Assembly: GCA_965277285.1 (NCBI GenBank) | Contig: OZ255721.1 | Location: forward strand, 1,728,001-1,792,000 | Length of the DNA: 64,000 nt | Direction of reading: 5' to 3' | From: Abditibacteriaceae bacterium | Lineage (GTDB): Bacteria; Armatimonadota; Abditibacteriia; Abditibacteriales; Abditibacteriaceae | Shown: in pieces, positions 1 to 9,708 of the stretch | How the letters are laid out: each line of letters opens with the position of its first letter | Numbering within the stretch: position 1 is the first letter of the stretch | Position numbers and translations under genes: made by a program | The notes under the pieces: generated by a model | What the model saw: only the letters and a program-made list of their open reading frames with translations | Database searches by the model: none | Told to the model about the DNA's origin: nothing

Positions 1-2
1 GG

Positions 3-407
3 ATGAACGATCAATGGAAAGGTCGCAAGCCCGAAGGTACCTTTGATGTGGAAGATTTGGCGATGGGCGTGATTCGTTTTGAAGGCGGATTAACGATCAA
101 CCTGGAAGTTTCGTGGGCGCTTAACAATCGCCAAGATTCCAGTTGGTGCCAGATTTTCGGCAACGAAGGCGGCGCTGAATGGGGCGACAACACGGGAATT
201 TTCACCGATAAAGGCGACGTTCAAACCACGCTCAATCCGAAGTTGCCGTCGTCGGAAGAATGGCCAGGCGAAATGCAGCACTTCGTGAACGCGATCTTGA
301 ATGATACGACGCCCGATCCAGATGCTAACCAAGGCGTGACGATGATCAAAATGCTGAGCGGCATCTACGAAAGCGCCGCGCTGGGCCGCGAAATCGAAGT
401 CAAATAA
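3..407 (+). CDS. Gfo/Idh/MocA family oxidoreductase, C-terminal part (5'-truncated by window)
   Basis: DVEDLAMGVIRFEGG...LEVSWA and the C-terminal EMQHFVNAI...IYESA are typical of the GFO_IDH_MocA C-domain. Confidence 0.8.
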   Translation: MNDQWKGRKPEGTFDVEDLAMGVIRFEGGLTINLEVSWALNNRQDSSWCQIFGNEGGAEWGDNTGIFTDKGDVQTTLNPKLPSSEEWPGEMQHFVNAILNDTTPDPDANQGVTMIKMLSGIYESAALGREIEVK

Positions 408-461
408 AGTTCACCGCAGAGGACGTGGAGAGCGCGGAGTGCAACAGAGTACTCGAAATTA

Positions 462-537
462 TCACTTTGTCATTCTGAGCGCAGCGAAGAATCTCATTGC
501 AGTAAGATTCTTCGCTGCGCTCAGAATGACAAAGTGA
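462..537. repeat. REP/REPIN-like hairpin, family A (GTCATTCTGAGCGCAGCGAAGAATCT arms)
   Basis: Perfect inverted arms tcactttgtcattctgagcgcagcgaagaatct / agattcttcgctgcgctcagaatgacaaagtga with a 10-nt loop. Confidence 0.9.
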
Positions 538-614
538 CAGTTTCGTCGTTTGTCTTCTTCCTTTTCCTTCGCGCTCTTCGCGTCCTTCGCGGTGCAGTAC
601 TTTGGAGAAGTTGG

Positions 615-977
615 ATGAACATCAAAATTATTCCTCGTCCCGTTCACGCTTTGCTCGATTACACATGGAGCGGCGCTCTTGCCACGGCGCCCAAAGTCTT
701 CGGTTTTGAAGATGAACCAGCCGCCGTCAAATTGTGCAAAATGCAAGGTAGTCTGGTCGCAGCCGCCAGCGCATTAACGCGCTATGAACTGGGCACCATC
801 AAAATCATTCCCTTTCGCACGCACTTGAAGTTGGACGCGATTGGCGCGGTTCTGGGAATCGCTTCGCCGTGGCTACTTGGTTTTTCGGAAAATAAAAAAG
901 CGCGCAACACGGTTCTGGCATTTTTCCTGATCGAAGCGCTCGTCGTTTTGCTCAGTCAGACCGACGAGATGGAGTAA
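615..977 (+). CDS. small membrane protein (SPW-repeat-like)
   Basis: Start moved to ATG 615 because the upstream part is repeat DNA; HALLDY and ASPWLLGF motifs; hydrophobic. Confidence 0.6.
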   Translation: MNIKIIPRPVHALLDYTWSGALATAPKVFGFEDEPAAVKLCKMQGSLVAAASALTRYELGTIKIIPFRTHLKLDAIGAVLGIASPWLLGFSENKKARNTVLAFFLIEALVVLLSQTDEME

Positions 978-979
978 CG

Positions 980-1657
980 ATGCTTCATCGAGTACTCGAA
1001 CGCGCGTTCGTTTCGCTGGGCGCCGCTGTTTTGCTCGCGTCGTGTTCTCGGACGCCGAATCAGTCAACGGATGCGCGCGACATTGTTCCCGTTGCCGCAA
1101 CGCTAACGGTCGCCAGACATCAAACATCGCGGCGACAAATGCAGGCGTTGAAGATTGTTGCGGCGGCGCGGACGCAAGTTGGCGATCTTTATGACGCATC
1201 GTATGTGGACATGAAATATCCCAACGGCGATGTCCCGCGCGGGCGTGGCGCCTGCACCGATGTGATAGTTCGCGCGCTGCGCGCTGTCGGCTACGACCTG
1301 CAAAAGCTGATTCACGAAGACAAAAAACGTCATCCCAGCGTGTATCCCGCGAAGTGGCGCGCCAGTCGCGCCGATACCAACATCGACCAGCGCCGCGTTC
1401 CCAACCAGAAAGTTTTCTTCGCGCGCTACGGGAAAACGTTAACCAACGTTGTCAATTCGAGTACTCGAAACCAGTGGCAAGCCGGCGATATTGTGCAATG
1501 GAAGTTTGAAAACGGACTCGATCATACGGGCATTATTTCCGACAAACTCAACGCGCAAGGCTGGCCGTTGGTGATCCACAATGTCGATGGCTGCGCCGAA
1601 AACGATGTGCTGACCGCGTGGAAAATTGTCGGGCATTACCGCTTTCCCATGCAATGA
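980..1657 (+). CDS. DUF1287 (YijF-like) lipoprotein
   Basis: Lipobox LLASC; YPNGDVP..GACTDVIVRALR and DTNIDQRRVPN motifs. Confidence 0.85.
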   Translation: MLHRVLERAFVSLGAAVLLASCSRTPNQSTDARDIVPVAATLTVARHQTSRRQMQALKIVAAARTQVGDLYDASYVDMKYPNGDVPRGRGACTDVIVRALRAVGYDLQKLIHEDKKRHPSVYPAKWRASRADTNIDQRRVPNQKVFFARYGKTLTNVVNSSTRNQWQAGDIVQWKFENGLDHTGIISDKLNAQGWPLVIHNVDGCAENDVLTAWKIVGHYRFPMQ

Positions 1658-1739
1658 GTGATAAGTGGTACGAGCGATTCGCCGAAACGCCCGTACGCAT
1701 GACAAGCGCGGATTACTCAGTCCTCACCGCTTTCTTTCC

Positions 1740-2531
1740 ATGTTCTTCGATTCCCATTGTCACCTGACGAGCGAACAACTTGCGCCGCAATTCGACGACG
1801 TTTTGGGCCGCGCCCAGAGCGCGAACGTGACGCGAATTCTCAATATCGCTGATAATTTAGCGTCCGCAAATGCTGCCAACGAGCAAGCAGGAATCGCGCG
1901 CCATCGCGGTTTTTTGATGTGGGCGACGGCGGGCGTTCATCCGCAAAACGCCAACGAGTACTCGAACCAATCGGGAAGCGAACTGCACGAATTGTTGAAC
2001 GAAGAATATTGTGTGGCGGTTGGCGAAATCGGCCTTGATTATTTTTACGACGAGGCGCATCCGCACCATCCGGGCGCGACGCGCGAACATCAGCAAAAGG
2101 TTTTTCGCGCGCAAATCGAAATCGCGCTTGAACGCGATTTGCCCGTTGTCATTCACAACCGCGACGCCGACCAAGACTTATTAAGAATCGTCGGAGATTA
2201 TCCACACTTGCGCGGCGTTTTTCATTGCTTTGGTTCTTCAGTCGAAGTTGCGCATCGAGTACTCGAGTCGGGGTTTTATTTAGGTTTCACGGGAATCGTC
2301 ACCTTCAAAAACGCGCAAATCGTGCGCGATGTGGCGAGGATTTGTCCGCTGAATCGAATGTTAATTGAAACCGATGCGCCGTATCTGGCGCCCGTTCCGT
2401 TTCGCGGCAAGACGAACGAACCGTCGTTTGTGCCGCGCGTGGCGGAAACTCTGGCGACTTTGCGCGAACTTTCGATGGAAGAAATCGGCGCGGTTACGAC
2501 GCGCAATGCCATTGAACTTTTTCGCTTGTAG
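1740..2531 (+). CDS. tatD: TatD family hydrolase/DNase
   Basis: DSHCHL, GVHP, VGEIGLDY, HNRDA, HCF and ETDAPYLAP motifs; start taken at ATG 1740. Confidence 0.93.
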   Translation: MFFDSHCHLTSEQLAPQFDDVLGRAQSANVTRILNIADNLASANAANEQAGIARHRGFLMWATAGVHPQNANEYSNQSGSELHELLNEEYCVAVGEIGLDYFYDEAHPHHPGATREHQQKVFRAQIEIALERDLPVVIHNRDADQDLLRIVGDYPHLRGVFHCFGSSVEVAHRVLESGFYLGFTGIVTFKNAQIVRDVARICPLNRMLIETDAPYLAPVPFRGKTNEPSFVPRVAETLATLRELSMEEIGAVTTRNAIELFRL

Positions 2532-2551
2532 ATAGAAGGCGGGGCTGTCCG

Positions 2552-3070
2552 TCAGCTTTCGGTGCGCGCAATGGGTTGCAGGCTGCGCGACGATTTGGCG
2601 CTCATTGGCACGACGTTGATGGAACCGTCGGCTTCCAAAACCGCGAACTTGACGGTATCAACATCGGCTTCGCCGCGCTGATGAATCGCCTGCAAAACAT
2701 CGGCGTGCGTCAAGCCGACGCGGATCATATTTTCTTCCACAAAATGCCCGAAATGGACCAGTACAATTGGGCCTCCGCCGATGAGATGGCGCAATTTCTT
2801 CGAGCGATAAAAAATCAAGGCCATGATGTGGTTCAAGGCCAAAAGTGTCGCTGCGGAAACCAAACCCGCAGGCAAAGACGTGTTTCCCGCCACCATCGCG
2901 GTTTCGACAGCGCTGCCCAGCAAAATGATAATCACTAGGTCGAGTACTGTTAATTGTCCCAGATGACGGCGCCCCAAAAAGCGCAGGCTAAGGATAAGAA
3001 AGAAGTAAATCGCGCACGTATGGAGGAACACAGCCAGCAAAGCGTGATGCGGATGCCACAGAGAAAACAA
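2552..3070 (-). CDS. DUF421 (YetF/YcaP) membrane protein
   Basis: LRFLGRRHLGQLTVLDL...AVLEADGSINVV. Confidence 0.88.
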   Translation of the reverse strand: MFSLWHPHHALLAVFLHTCAIYFFLILSLRFLGRRHLGQLTVLDLVIIILLGSAVETAMVAGNTSLPAGLVSAATLLALNHIMALIFYRSKKLRHLIGGGPIVLVHFGHFVEENMIRVGLTHADVLQAIHQRGEADVDTVKFAVLEADGSINVVPMSAKSSRSLQPIARTES

Positions 3071-3165
3071 TTCGCAAACTCCTAACTAAAACGTCATAAA
3101 GGTGCGGCGACTTCGTTAGGTAACGTCGGTTTCCCGGCTTTATCACTTTCGTAGAGAGAATTTTC

Positions 3166-3708
3166 ATGTGGCAAAAGTGGCTGAACGACATTTTTTCTCA
3201 TCCCGATTGGCACGGCGCGCTCGCTATTGCGGGCAAAACGACCGTGATTTATTTCTTCCTGGTCGCCGGTTTGCGTTTGTCGGGCAAGCGTGAACTCGGG
3301 CAGATGAATATCTACGACCTGGTTTTGATTATCGTGCTGGCGAACGCAGTTCAAAACTCGATGGTCGGCGATGATACCACGCTTTTCGGCGGCATCGTGG
3401 CCGCGCTTGTTCTGCTGTTCTGGAACCGCGTTTTTTCGTTTCTGCTGGATCGCTCGCCCAAAATCGAGAAATACATGGTCGGCGAGCCGGTGCTGATTTT
3501 GAACGATGGCGAGCTGATCGCCGACCGAATGCGGCGCGAAGGCGTAACGCGCGAACAAGTGCTGGCCGCCCTGCGCGAACACGGCTTGAACAGTTGCGAT
3601 CAAGCGCATATGTGCGTTTTAGAAGTCGATGGCACGATCAGCGTGGTTCCCAAAGACGCCGATGTACGCCGCACGCATCGCCACTTCAAAGCCTTGCGCG
3701 TAACTTAA
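3166..3708 (+). CDS. DUF421 (YetF/YcaP) membrane protein
   Basis: LRLSGKRELGQMNIYDL...VLEVDGTISVV. Confidence 0.9.
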   Translation: MWQKWLNDIFSHPDWHGALAIAGKTTVIYFFLVAGLRLSGKRELGQMNIYDLVLIIVLANAVQNSMVGDDTTLFGGIVAALVLLFWNRVFSFLLDRSPKIEKYMVGEPVLILNDGELIADRMRREGVTREQVLAALREHGLNSCDQAHMCVLEVDGTISVVPKDADVRRTHRHFKALRVT

Positions 3709-3750
3709 GTGCGTAGATCATAAGTGCGTAAATAAAGTAAGGGAGACACC

Positions 3751-3840
3751 AAACTCGCAGTCTGTCATTCTGAGCGAAGCGAAGAATCTAACTTCGGGTT
3801 TAGATTCTTCGCTTCGCTCAGAATGACAGACTGCGAGTTT
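3751..3840. repeat. REP/REPIN-like hairpin, family A
   Basis: aaactcgcagtctgtcattctgagcgaagcgaagaatcta with its perfect inverted copy. Confidence 0.9.
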
Positions 3841-3923
3841 TCAGACGTGTCTTTTGCTGATCTTGCAAAACTTTTTCTATAGTTTCTGAGTTATGTCGCT
3901 TTCGAGTACTGGAAATTCGCTTT

Positions 3924-4442
3924 ATGACACCTGACAGCCAACTCTGGTTTTTATCAGTTATCGCCGCTCGCAGCGCGCTTGTTCTGCTGATTTTATCCAT
4001 TGGCCTGCGCGTGATGGGCAAGCGCCAAAGCGGACAGATGAACGTGTACGACGCCGCTTTGATTCTGCTGATCGCCAACGCCGTGCAAAATGCGATGACC
4101 AAAGGCGACGGACATTTGTTCGTCGGCTTCGCTTCGGCAGGCGCCTTGATGCTGGTCGGGCGCTTGTTCACGGTCGCCTTTGTGCGCTTACCGAAATTGC
4201 GCGAGTATCTGATTGGGACGCCGACGGTTTTAGTCAGCGACGGTCATTTGGTTTTGCCAAATATGAAGCGCGAGCACGTTTCCAAAGAACAGCTTTGCAC
4301 GGCTTTGCGTGAGCACAGCATGAAAGATTTCCGCGAAGTCAAATTGGCAATTTTGGAAGTCGATGGCACCATCAGCGTGATCGGAATGGAAGAACCGTCG
4401 GAACGCACGCCGCGCCATTTTCGTGCGCTTCGCCTGCCATAA
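3924..4442 (+). CDS. DUF421 (YetF/YcaP) membrane protein
   Basis: LRVMGKRQSGQMNVYD...ILEVDGTISVI; paralog of 3166-3708. Confidence 0.9.
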   Translation: MTPDSQLWFLSVIAARSALVLLILSIGLRVMGKRQSGQMNVYDAALILLIANAVQNAMTKGDGHLFVGFASAGALMLVGRLFTVAFVRLPKLREYLIGTPTVLVSDGHLVLPNMKREHVSKEQLCTALREHSMKDFREVKLAILEVDGTISVIGMEEPSERTPRHFRALRLP

Positions 4443-4476
4443 TCGAGTACTCGAATGAGGAAAAACGGCAGGAGTT

Positions 4477-4547
4477 TGTAGGGGTTTGGCGTGCCAAGCC
4501 CGAAAGCGCAGAACGGAGGAGCGGGCTTGGCACGCCAAACCCCTACA
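4477..4547. repeat. GTAG-type REP hairpin (family C-related)
   Basis: tgtaggggtttggcgtgccaagcccg ... cgggcttggcacgccaaacccctaca. Confidence 0.85.
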
Positions 4548-4591
4548 CAATGCGACAACTTCATTAAAAATGCTCTAAAGGACAACCACAA

Positions 4592-5743
4592 TTGAATATC
4601 GTCGAAGCGTCGCGCTCTTATGAAAAATGGCTGGGTCAACATCTTGATTTAGTCGCCAATGATCTGCGACAAAAACACGCATTGATGGCGTCCGCGCCGT
4701 TTCCCTTTTTGCGAGCGACCTATTATCGCTGGGCGCAAACTTGGCCGCTCGCCTGCCCCGAACTGGCGAAGGCGCCGCGTGTTTTGGCTGTCGCCGATTT
4801 GCATTTGGAAAATTTCGGTACCTGGCGCGATCAGGAAGGACGTTTGGTCTGGGGCGTCAACGATTTCGACGAGGCATTCGATCTTCCCTACACCAACGAT
4901 CTGGTGCGACTGGCGTGCAGCATCGCGCTGGCTTTAGAAAGCGAAACCGCCTTAAAGATCAAACTCAAAAAAGCGTGCGGACAGCTTTTAGATGGCTATT
5001 TGACGACCTTGCGCAACGGCGTCAGCGCGGCAAAACCTTTCATTCTAGCCGAAGCAAATGAATGGCTGCTGGCCATTGCACAGCGTGAAATCGCGCAGCC
5101 AGAAGCGTTCTGGAAAAAACTGGCGACGCCGACGCCCAACGCTAAAGCCCTCAAATCGCCCAAGCGTTTGGACGAAGCCAAAGCCGTCATCGCGCCGCTC
5201 TTGCCAAACAACTTCACGGAAACGCGATGGAAGCAGCGCCAGGCCGGAATGGGCAGCCTGGGACGCCAACGTTTCGTCGTTATCGGCGAATGGCAAGGCG
5301 GCACCATCGCGCGCGAAGCCAAAGCGTGGGCGCCTTCCGCGTCGTATTGGGCGCAAAGTTATCCTTTGGACGAACACATATCGAGTACTCGAAACGCGAG
5401 CGAAGATAAAGGACATGGCGAAAAATCGCACATCGAGCAGATCGTCGGGAGCGCGGTTCGTTGTCCCGACCCGTATTTCAAAGTCGCCGATAAATGGGTG
5501 GTGCGTCGACTGGCGCCCGATTGCACCAAACTCGAAATCGCTAATCTGCCTCTGAACCAGGTCGAAGAACTTTTCACCGCGATGGGACGAGAAACCGCCA
5601 ACATCCATTGGGGCACGCCAAAAGCGATCCCAAGAATCCTCAAAGACGCCGAATCACGCTCCTCGCACTGGCTTTACGACGCCGCGCAAACGATGGCGAA
5701 ACAAGTGACCAAAGAATGTCAGCAATGGCAACGACGACGATGA
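4592..5743 (+). CDS. DUF2252 family protein (kinase-like fold)
   Basis: PFPFLRAT, DLHLENFG, VNDFDEA and AGMGSLG motifs. Confidence 0.88.
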   Translation: MNIVEASRSYEKWLGQHLDLVANDLRQKHALMASAPFPFLRATYYRWAQTWPLACPELAKAPRVLAVADLHLENFGTWRDQEGRLVWGVNDFDEAFDLPYTNDLVRLACSIALALESETALKIKLKKACGQLLDGYLTTLRNGVSAAKPFILAEANEWLLAIAQREIAQPEAFWKKLATPTPNAKALKSPKRLDEAKAVIAPLLPNNFTETRWKQRQAGMGSLGRQRFVVIGEWQGGTIAREAKAWAPSASYWAQSYPLDEHISSTRNASEDKGHGEKSHIEQIVGSAVRCPDPYFKVADKWVVRRLAPDCTKLEIANLPLNQVEELFTAMGRETANIHWGTPKAIPRILKDAESRSSHWLYDAAQTMAKQVTKECQQWQRRR

Positions 5744-5783
5744 CAGCCGACTTTCGCTGATTCAACCGACACCTTTTTATTCG

Positions 5784-6401
5784 CTATTCCCCCTCACAAA
5801 TCACCGCCAACAACGGATCGCCGCGATGATTTGGCGGCGTGCGTCGTTCGCCGCGAACGTTCGACCAACCAGCATCGCGCGCATAATTTTCGACCAATTG
5901 CAGATGACCTGCGTCGTCTGTCGCCTGCCAGATGGCGACGGCTTTAGTTGGAAAGCAACGATTGGAAAATGTGATGACTAATGGCGCTGCGGCGCGACAA
6001 ACGCGGCGCACTTCGCGCAAAACGTCCACTGGTTTTTGCAGATATTGAATCGAAACGCAAATCGTCGCGCCGTCGAATTCGTTGTCGTCAAAGGGCAAAA
6101 TCGTGTTTTCGTTCAGGTTTTGCACGACAAAAGAGTTTAATCGCGTATTCGCCGCGAGTTCTTCGCGGTTCAAGCCCAAGCCGAAGACTTTCGAGTACTC
6201 GATGTCCGGCGGCAAGTGCGAAATCCAACTGCTCATCAAATCTAAAATCGCGCCGCCAACAGGCAACGTTTCGCGGTAAAGTTGCGTCACGGCTTCAATA
6301 GCCAGTTCGTCGATGTGCGTCACGAAACGCGGCGTTTGGTAGAAAAGCTCATCGTTTGTGTTGTCAAAGCGTGCAAAAGCGCGCGGTGGAAGAAAAGACA
6401 T
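5784..6401 (-). CDS. class I SAM-dependent methyltransferase (type 11)
   Basis: FYQTPRFVTHID, LDLMSSWISHLP and FSNRCFPTKA motifs. Confidence 0.88.
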   Translation of the reverse strand: MSFLPPRAFARFDNTNDELFYQTPRFVTHIDELAIEAVTQLYRETLPVGGAILDLMSSWISHLPPDIEYSKVFGLGLNREELAANTRLNSFVVQNLNENTILPFDDNEFDGATICVSIQYLQKPVDVLREVRRVCRAAAPLVITFSNRCFPTKAVAIWQATDDAGHLQLVENYARDAGWSNVRGERRTPPNHRGDPLLAVICEGE

Positions 6402-6415
6402 GGGAACTCAAATCG

Positions 6416-6730
6416 TTACTTGGACATTCTTGCAATTAGAAAAACCAGACCAAAGCCGAACATCAAACTGTTGAGCGGCCAGATAAGAAAGAAGGCCGAA
6501 TATTCCGCATTTTGGTGCCATATCAATTTCGCCAAAGGCATCAGCGGAAATTCGAGTGCCGAATAAACCGTGTGAAAGAAAATTTCGAGAGGATAAGGCG
6601 TCTGAGGAGAAAAACGCCGCTTGTGGAGAACTGCGACAGAAAGATAAAGCAGACTGAATAAGATCGTCGCAATATAATGCAGGCATCCGACTCCACAACC
6701 CGCAGCCCGATTGCTATTCTGTTCTTTCAT
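6416..6730 (-). CDS. small hypothetical membrane protein
   Basis: ORF with GGAG upstream and 2-3 hydrophobic segments, co-oriented with the methyltransferase. Confidence 0.5.
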   Translation of the reverse strand: MKEQNSNRAAGCGVGCLHYIATILFSLLYLSVAVLHKRRFSPQTPYPLEIFFHTVYSALEFPLMPLAKLIWHQNAEYSAFFLIWPLNSLMFGFGLVFLIARMSK

Positions 6731-6907
6731 TGTTCACCGTCTCCACGACAAGAATCGAGTACTCGAATTATCCTCGCTTATTTTAACGTTAGAGTTGTAT
6801 TTCACCGCGTTCATTGTCACTGATAAGGCACTTTGTTTGCTATCTTTTTACGCATTCACTTGCAGGCGCGCATTCAGCCGCGCCTGTTTTCTTGAGAGGA
6901 ACTTTTC

Positions 6908-7642
6908 ATGGATAACACACCGAATAGCGGGCCGGTCGTCAACATTGGCAAGAAAAATCGCCTTGCGTCATTGATCGGCGGCGGCGCGCTGGCGCTTTAT
7001 GGATTGAGCAAGCGCAGCGTTGGCGGAACGTTGCTGGCGTTTGTCGGCGGCACTTTGGTTTATCGCGGCATGACGGGACATTGCGACGTTTGCGAACTGA
7101 TGGGCAAAAACCAGAGCGTCGAAAGTTTCGGCGGCGAACACGCACAAAACGCCGATATTCCCGGACATGGCGGCATTCTGGTTCACAAAGTCGTGACCAT
7201 CAACAAACCGGCGGAAGAACTTTATGCATTCTGGCGCAAGCTGGAAAACCTGCCGCAGTTTATGAACCATCTGCAAAGCGTCGAGGAAACCGACGCCACG
7301 CATTCGCACTGGGTCGCCAAAGCTCCAGCGGGCAGCAGCGTTTCATGGGACGCCGAAGTCATCCGCGACAACCCGAGCGAACTCATTGCCTGGCGCTCGG
7401 TCGAAGGCAGCACGATTCCCAATAGCGGCAGCGTGCGCTTTGTGCCGACAGACAACGGAACACAGGTCAAAGTCAACATCGAATATCAGCCGCCAGGCGG
7501 CGTGATTGGCGCGGCGTTCGCCAAATTGTTCGGTGAAGAACCGCAGCAACAAGTCAACGAAGATTTGCTGCGCTTCAAGCAATTGATGGAAACCGGCGAA
7601 GTCACTACCAACGGGCGCGAAGATTCCGGCGACGGAAAGTAA
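6908..7642 (+). CDS. SRPBCC/polyketide-cyclase family protein with DUF2892-like N-terminus
   Basis: RGMTGHC, VTINKPAEELYAFWRKLENLPQFM and DLLRFKQLMETGE. Confidence 0.9.
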   Translation: MDNTPNSGPVVNIGKKNRLASLIGGGALALYGLSKRSVGGTLLAFVGGTLVYRGMTGHCDVCELMGKNQSVESFGGEHAQNADIPGHGGILVHKVVTINKPAEELYAFWRKLENLPQFMNHLQSVEETDATHSHWVAKAPAGSSVSWDAEVIRDNPSELIAWRSVEGSTIPNSGSVRFVPTDNGTQVKVNIEYQPPGGVIGAAFAKLFGEEPQQQVNEDLLRFKQLMETGEVTTNGREDSGDGK

Positions 7643-7666
7643 TATCGAGTACTCGAAGTTGAGTTT

Positions 7667-7694
7667 GTAGGGGCGCAGCATGCTGCGCCCCTAC
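7667..7694. repeat. GTAG-type REP, family C
   Basis: Perfect palindrome gtaggggcgcagcatgctgcgcccctac; same ends as the REPs at the RAYT gene. Confidence 0.9.
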
Positions 7695-7715
7695 TTTCGT
7701 AAAAGGAGAAATCAC

Positions 7716-8879
7716 ATGAAAGCTGTTGTCTGGCATGGCAAGCACGACGTGCGCGTGGATGAAGTTCCCGATCCGAAAATCGTCAACCCGCGCGACGCAA
7801 TTATTAAGATCACCACGACGGCGATTTGCGGCAGCGATTTGCATCTTTATGACGGCGTGATTATGACGATGCAGCGCGGCGATGTGTTGGGTCACGAATT
7901 CATGGGCGAAGTCGTCGAAGTCGGCTCCAGCACCAATTTGCAAAAGGGCGACCGCGTGATCGTGCCGTTCAATATAGCCTGCGGCAACTGTCATTATTGC
8001 AACAAGCAAGTGTTTTCGGCCTGCGACAATTCCAACCCGAACGGCGCGCTCAGCGAAAAGATTTACGGCTATCCCGCCGCGGGAATGTATGGCTATTCGC
8101 ATATGTTTGGCGGCTACAACGGCGGACAGGCCGAATATGTGCGCGTGCCCTACTCCGACGTGAACCCACTCAAAATCCCCGAAGGCTTGAGCGACGAACA
8201 GGTTCTTTTTCTCACTGATATTTTCCCAACAGGCTACATGGCGGCGGAAAACTGCAACATTCAAAAGGGCGATACGATTGCGATTTGGGGCGCCGGGCCG
8301 GTCGGACAGTTCGCCATTCGCAGCGCCTTTTTGCTGGGCGCCAAACGCGTCATTTCGATTGACAATATTCCCGAACGATTGGAACTGGCGAAGCAAGGCG
8401 GCGCAGAAGCGCTTAATTTCGATACGGTGAATACGATTCAGGAACTGAAAGAAATGACGGGCGGACGCGGCCCCGAAGCGTGCATTGATGCGGTTGGCAT
8501 GGAAGCGCACGGCACCGATCTGGGCAACATCTACGACTACACCAAGCAGGCGTTACGTATGTCGGCGGATCGCCCAAACGTGCTGCGCCAGATGATGCTC
8601 GCCTGCGGCAAAGGCGGCACGCTCTCGATTCCAGGCGTTTATGCCGGTGTCATCGACAAAGTGCCGTTCGGCATTGCCTTTGGCAAAGGTCTCACGTTCA
8701 AGATGGGACAAACGCACGTTCAGAAATATCTGCCGACACTTTTGAAACACATTCAAGACGGCGACATCGACCCGACGTTTGTTATCACGCACCGCCTGAA
8801 GCTGGAAGAAGCGCCGCAAGCGTATGAAACCTTCAAACACAAGCGCGATCATTGCATCAAAGTCGTAATGACACCGTGA
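7716..8879 (+). CDS. zinc-dependent alcohol dehydrogenase (glutathione-dependent formaldehyde dehydrogenase-like)
   Basis: ICGSDLH, GHEFMG, CGNCHYC...C and GAGPVG; start ATG 7716 after AGGAG. Confidence 0.93.
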   Translation: MKAVVWHGKHDVRVDEVPDPKIVNPRDAIIKITTTAICGSDLHLYDGVIMTMQRGDVLGHEFMGEVVEVGSSTNLQKGDRVIVPFNIACGNCHYCNKQVFSACDNSNPNGALSEKIYGYPAAGMYGYSHMFGGYNGGQAEYVRVPYSDVNPLKIPEGLSDEQVLFLTDIFPTGYMAAENCNIQKGDTIAIWGAGPVGQFAIRSAFLLGAKRVISIDNIPERLELAKQGGAEALNFDTVNTIQELKEMTGGRGPEACIDAVGMEAHGTDLGNIYDYTKQALRMSADRPNVLRQMMLACGKGGTLSIPGVYAGVIDKVPFGIAFGKGLTFKMGQTHVQKYLPTLLKHIQDGDIDPTFVITHRLKLEEAPQAYETFKHKRDHCIKVVMTP

Positions 8880-8928
8880 GCCAGAGAGCAGCGACAGGAG
8901 GCAGGAAGCAGAACCGTAGACTCTTATA

Positions 8929-8995
8929 GAACCCCAAGTGTAAGCGCAGGGCTAATGTGACAATTACGTCAGCCCCGCGCTTAAACTTGGGGTTC
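8929..8995. repeat. REPIN-like hairpin, family B (AACCC-AAGCGT-AGCG arms)
   Basis: gaaccccaagtgtaagcgcagggct ... agccccgcgcttaaacttggggttc. Confidence 0.8.
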
Positions 8996-9035
8996 GTTTC
9001 TTGTAGCCTTTGATTCTTTACCTACCACATCAACC

Positions 9036-9073
9036 AAAAGTCACGCTATCGAGTACTCGATAGCGTGACTTTT
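9036..9073. terminator. bidirectional intrinsic terminator centred on the 12-bp palindrome
   Basis: 38-bp perfect palindrome aaaagtcacgctatcgagtactcgatagcgtgactttt between convergent genes. Confidence 0.75.
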
Positions 9074-9093
9074 TCGCGTCTTTGGCGGACGAT

Positions 9094-9609
9094 TTACTTC
9101 AAGTCGATTTGTTCATTTTCGCCGACGTTGGATTTGTCGCGAGTGATGATCGCTTTAGCGAAACCAATGGCGTGCGCGATTCCGCTGCTTGGCGAATCCC
9201 AGTATTCGGCGTGTTCGACGTGAACTTTGAGCAGCGCGATGTCGGGCGTATCAACGCCATCGGGAAACCACGCCTTCAACGACGGCTGCCATAATTCTTT
9301 GATTTTGTCTTTGTCGCGCACCAGTTCAGCTTTGCCGGAAAGCGAAACGTAAGTCTGCGATTTAGGTTGCGCAAACGAAGCGTTGACGCGATGATCGCCT
9401 TCGATTTCGTGGACTTTGTGCGATGCGCCGTAAGTGAAGAACCACAAATCGCCGTCAAACTCGACTTCGCCGTTGACCGACATCGGGCGCGAATGCAAAT
9501 CGCCGCTTTCGTTCAGCGTCGTCAGCATACAAAAATCGATGTCCTTGACCAAATCGCGGATTTTATGCAGTTTCTCGTCATGTGTCATTTCAGTTTTGTT
9601 GTCGCTCAT
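9094..9609 (-). CDS. general stress protein 26 / pyridoxamine 5'-phosphate oxidase-like FMN-binding protein
   Basis: CMLTT...LHSRPM, DLWFFT and AEYWDSP; real start at ATG 9609 after GGAG. Confidence 0.9.
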   Translation of the reverse strand: MSDNKTEMTHDEKLHKIRDLVKDIDFCMLTTLNESGDLHSRPMSVNGEVEFDGDLWFFTYGASHKVHEIEGDHRVNASFAQPKSQTYVSLSGKAELVRDKDKIKELWQPSLKAWFPDGVDTPDIALLKVHVEHAEYWDSPSSGIAHAIGFAKAIITRDKSNVGENEQIDLK

Positions 9610-9708
9610 CGTTTTTCTCCTTGAACTATCCACGCCAAACGTCGCAATTTCGCTTCCAGAACCGCCATATTCGAGTACTCGAATCGCTTTTTTGTTACAT
9701 TGAAAGCT

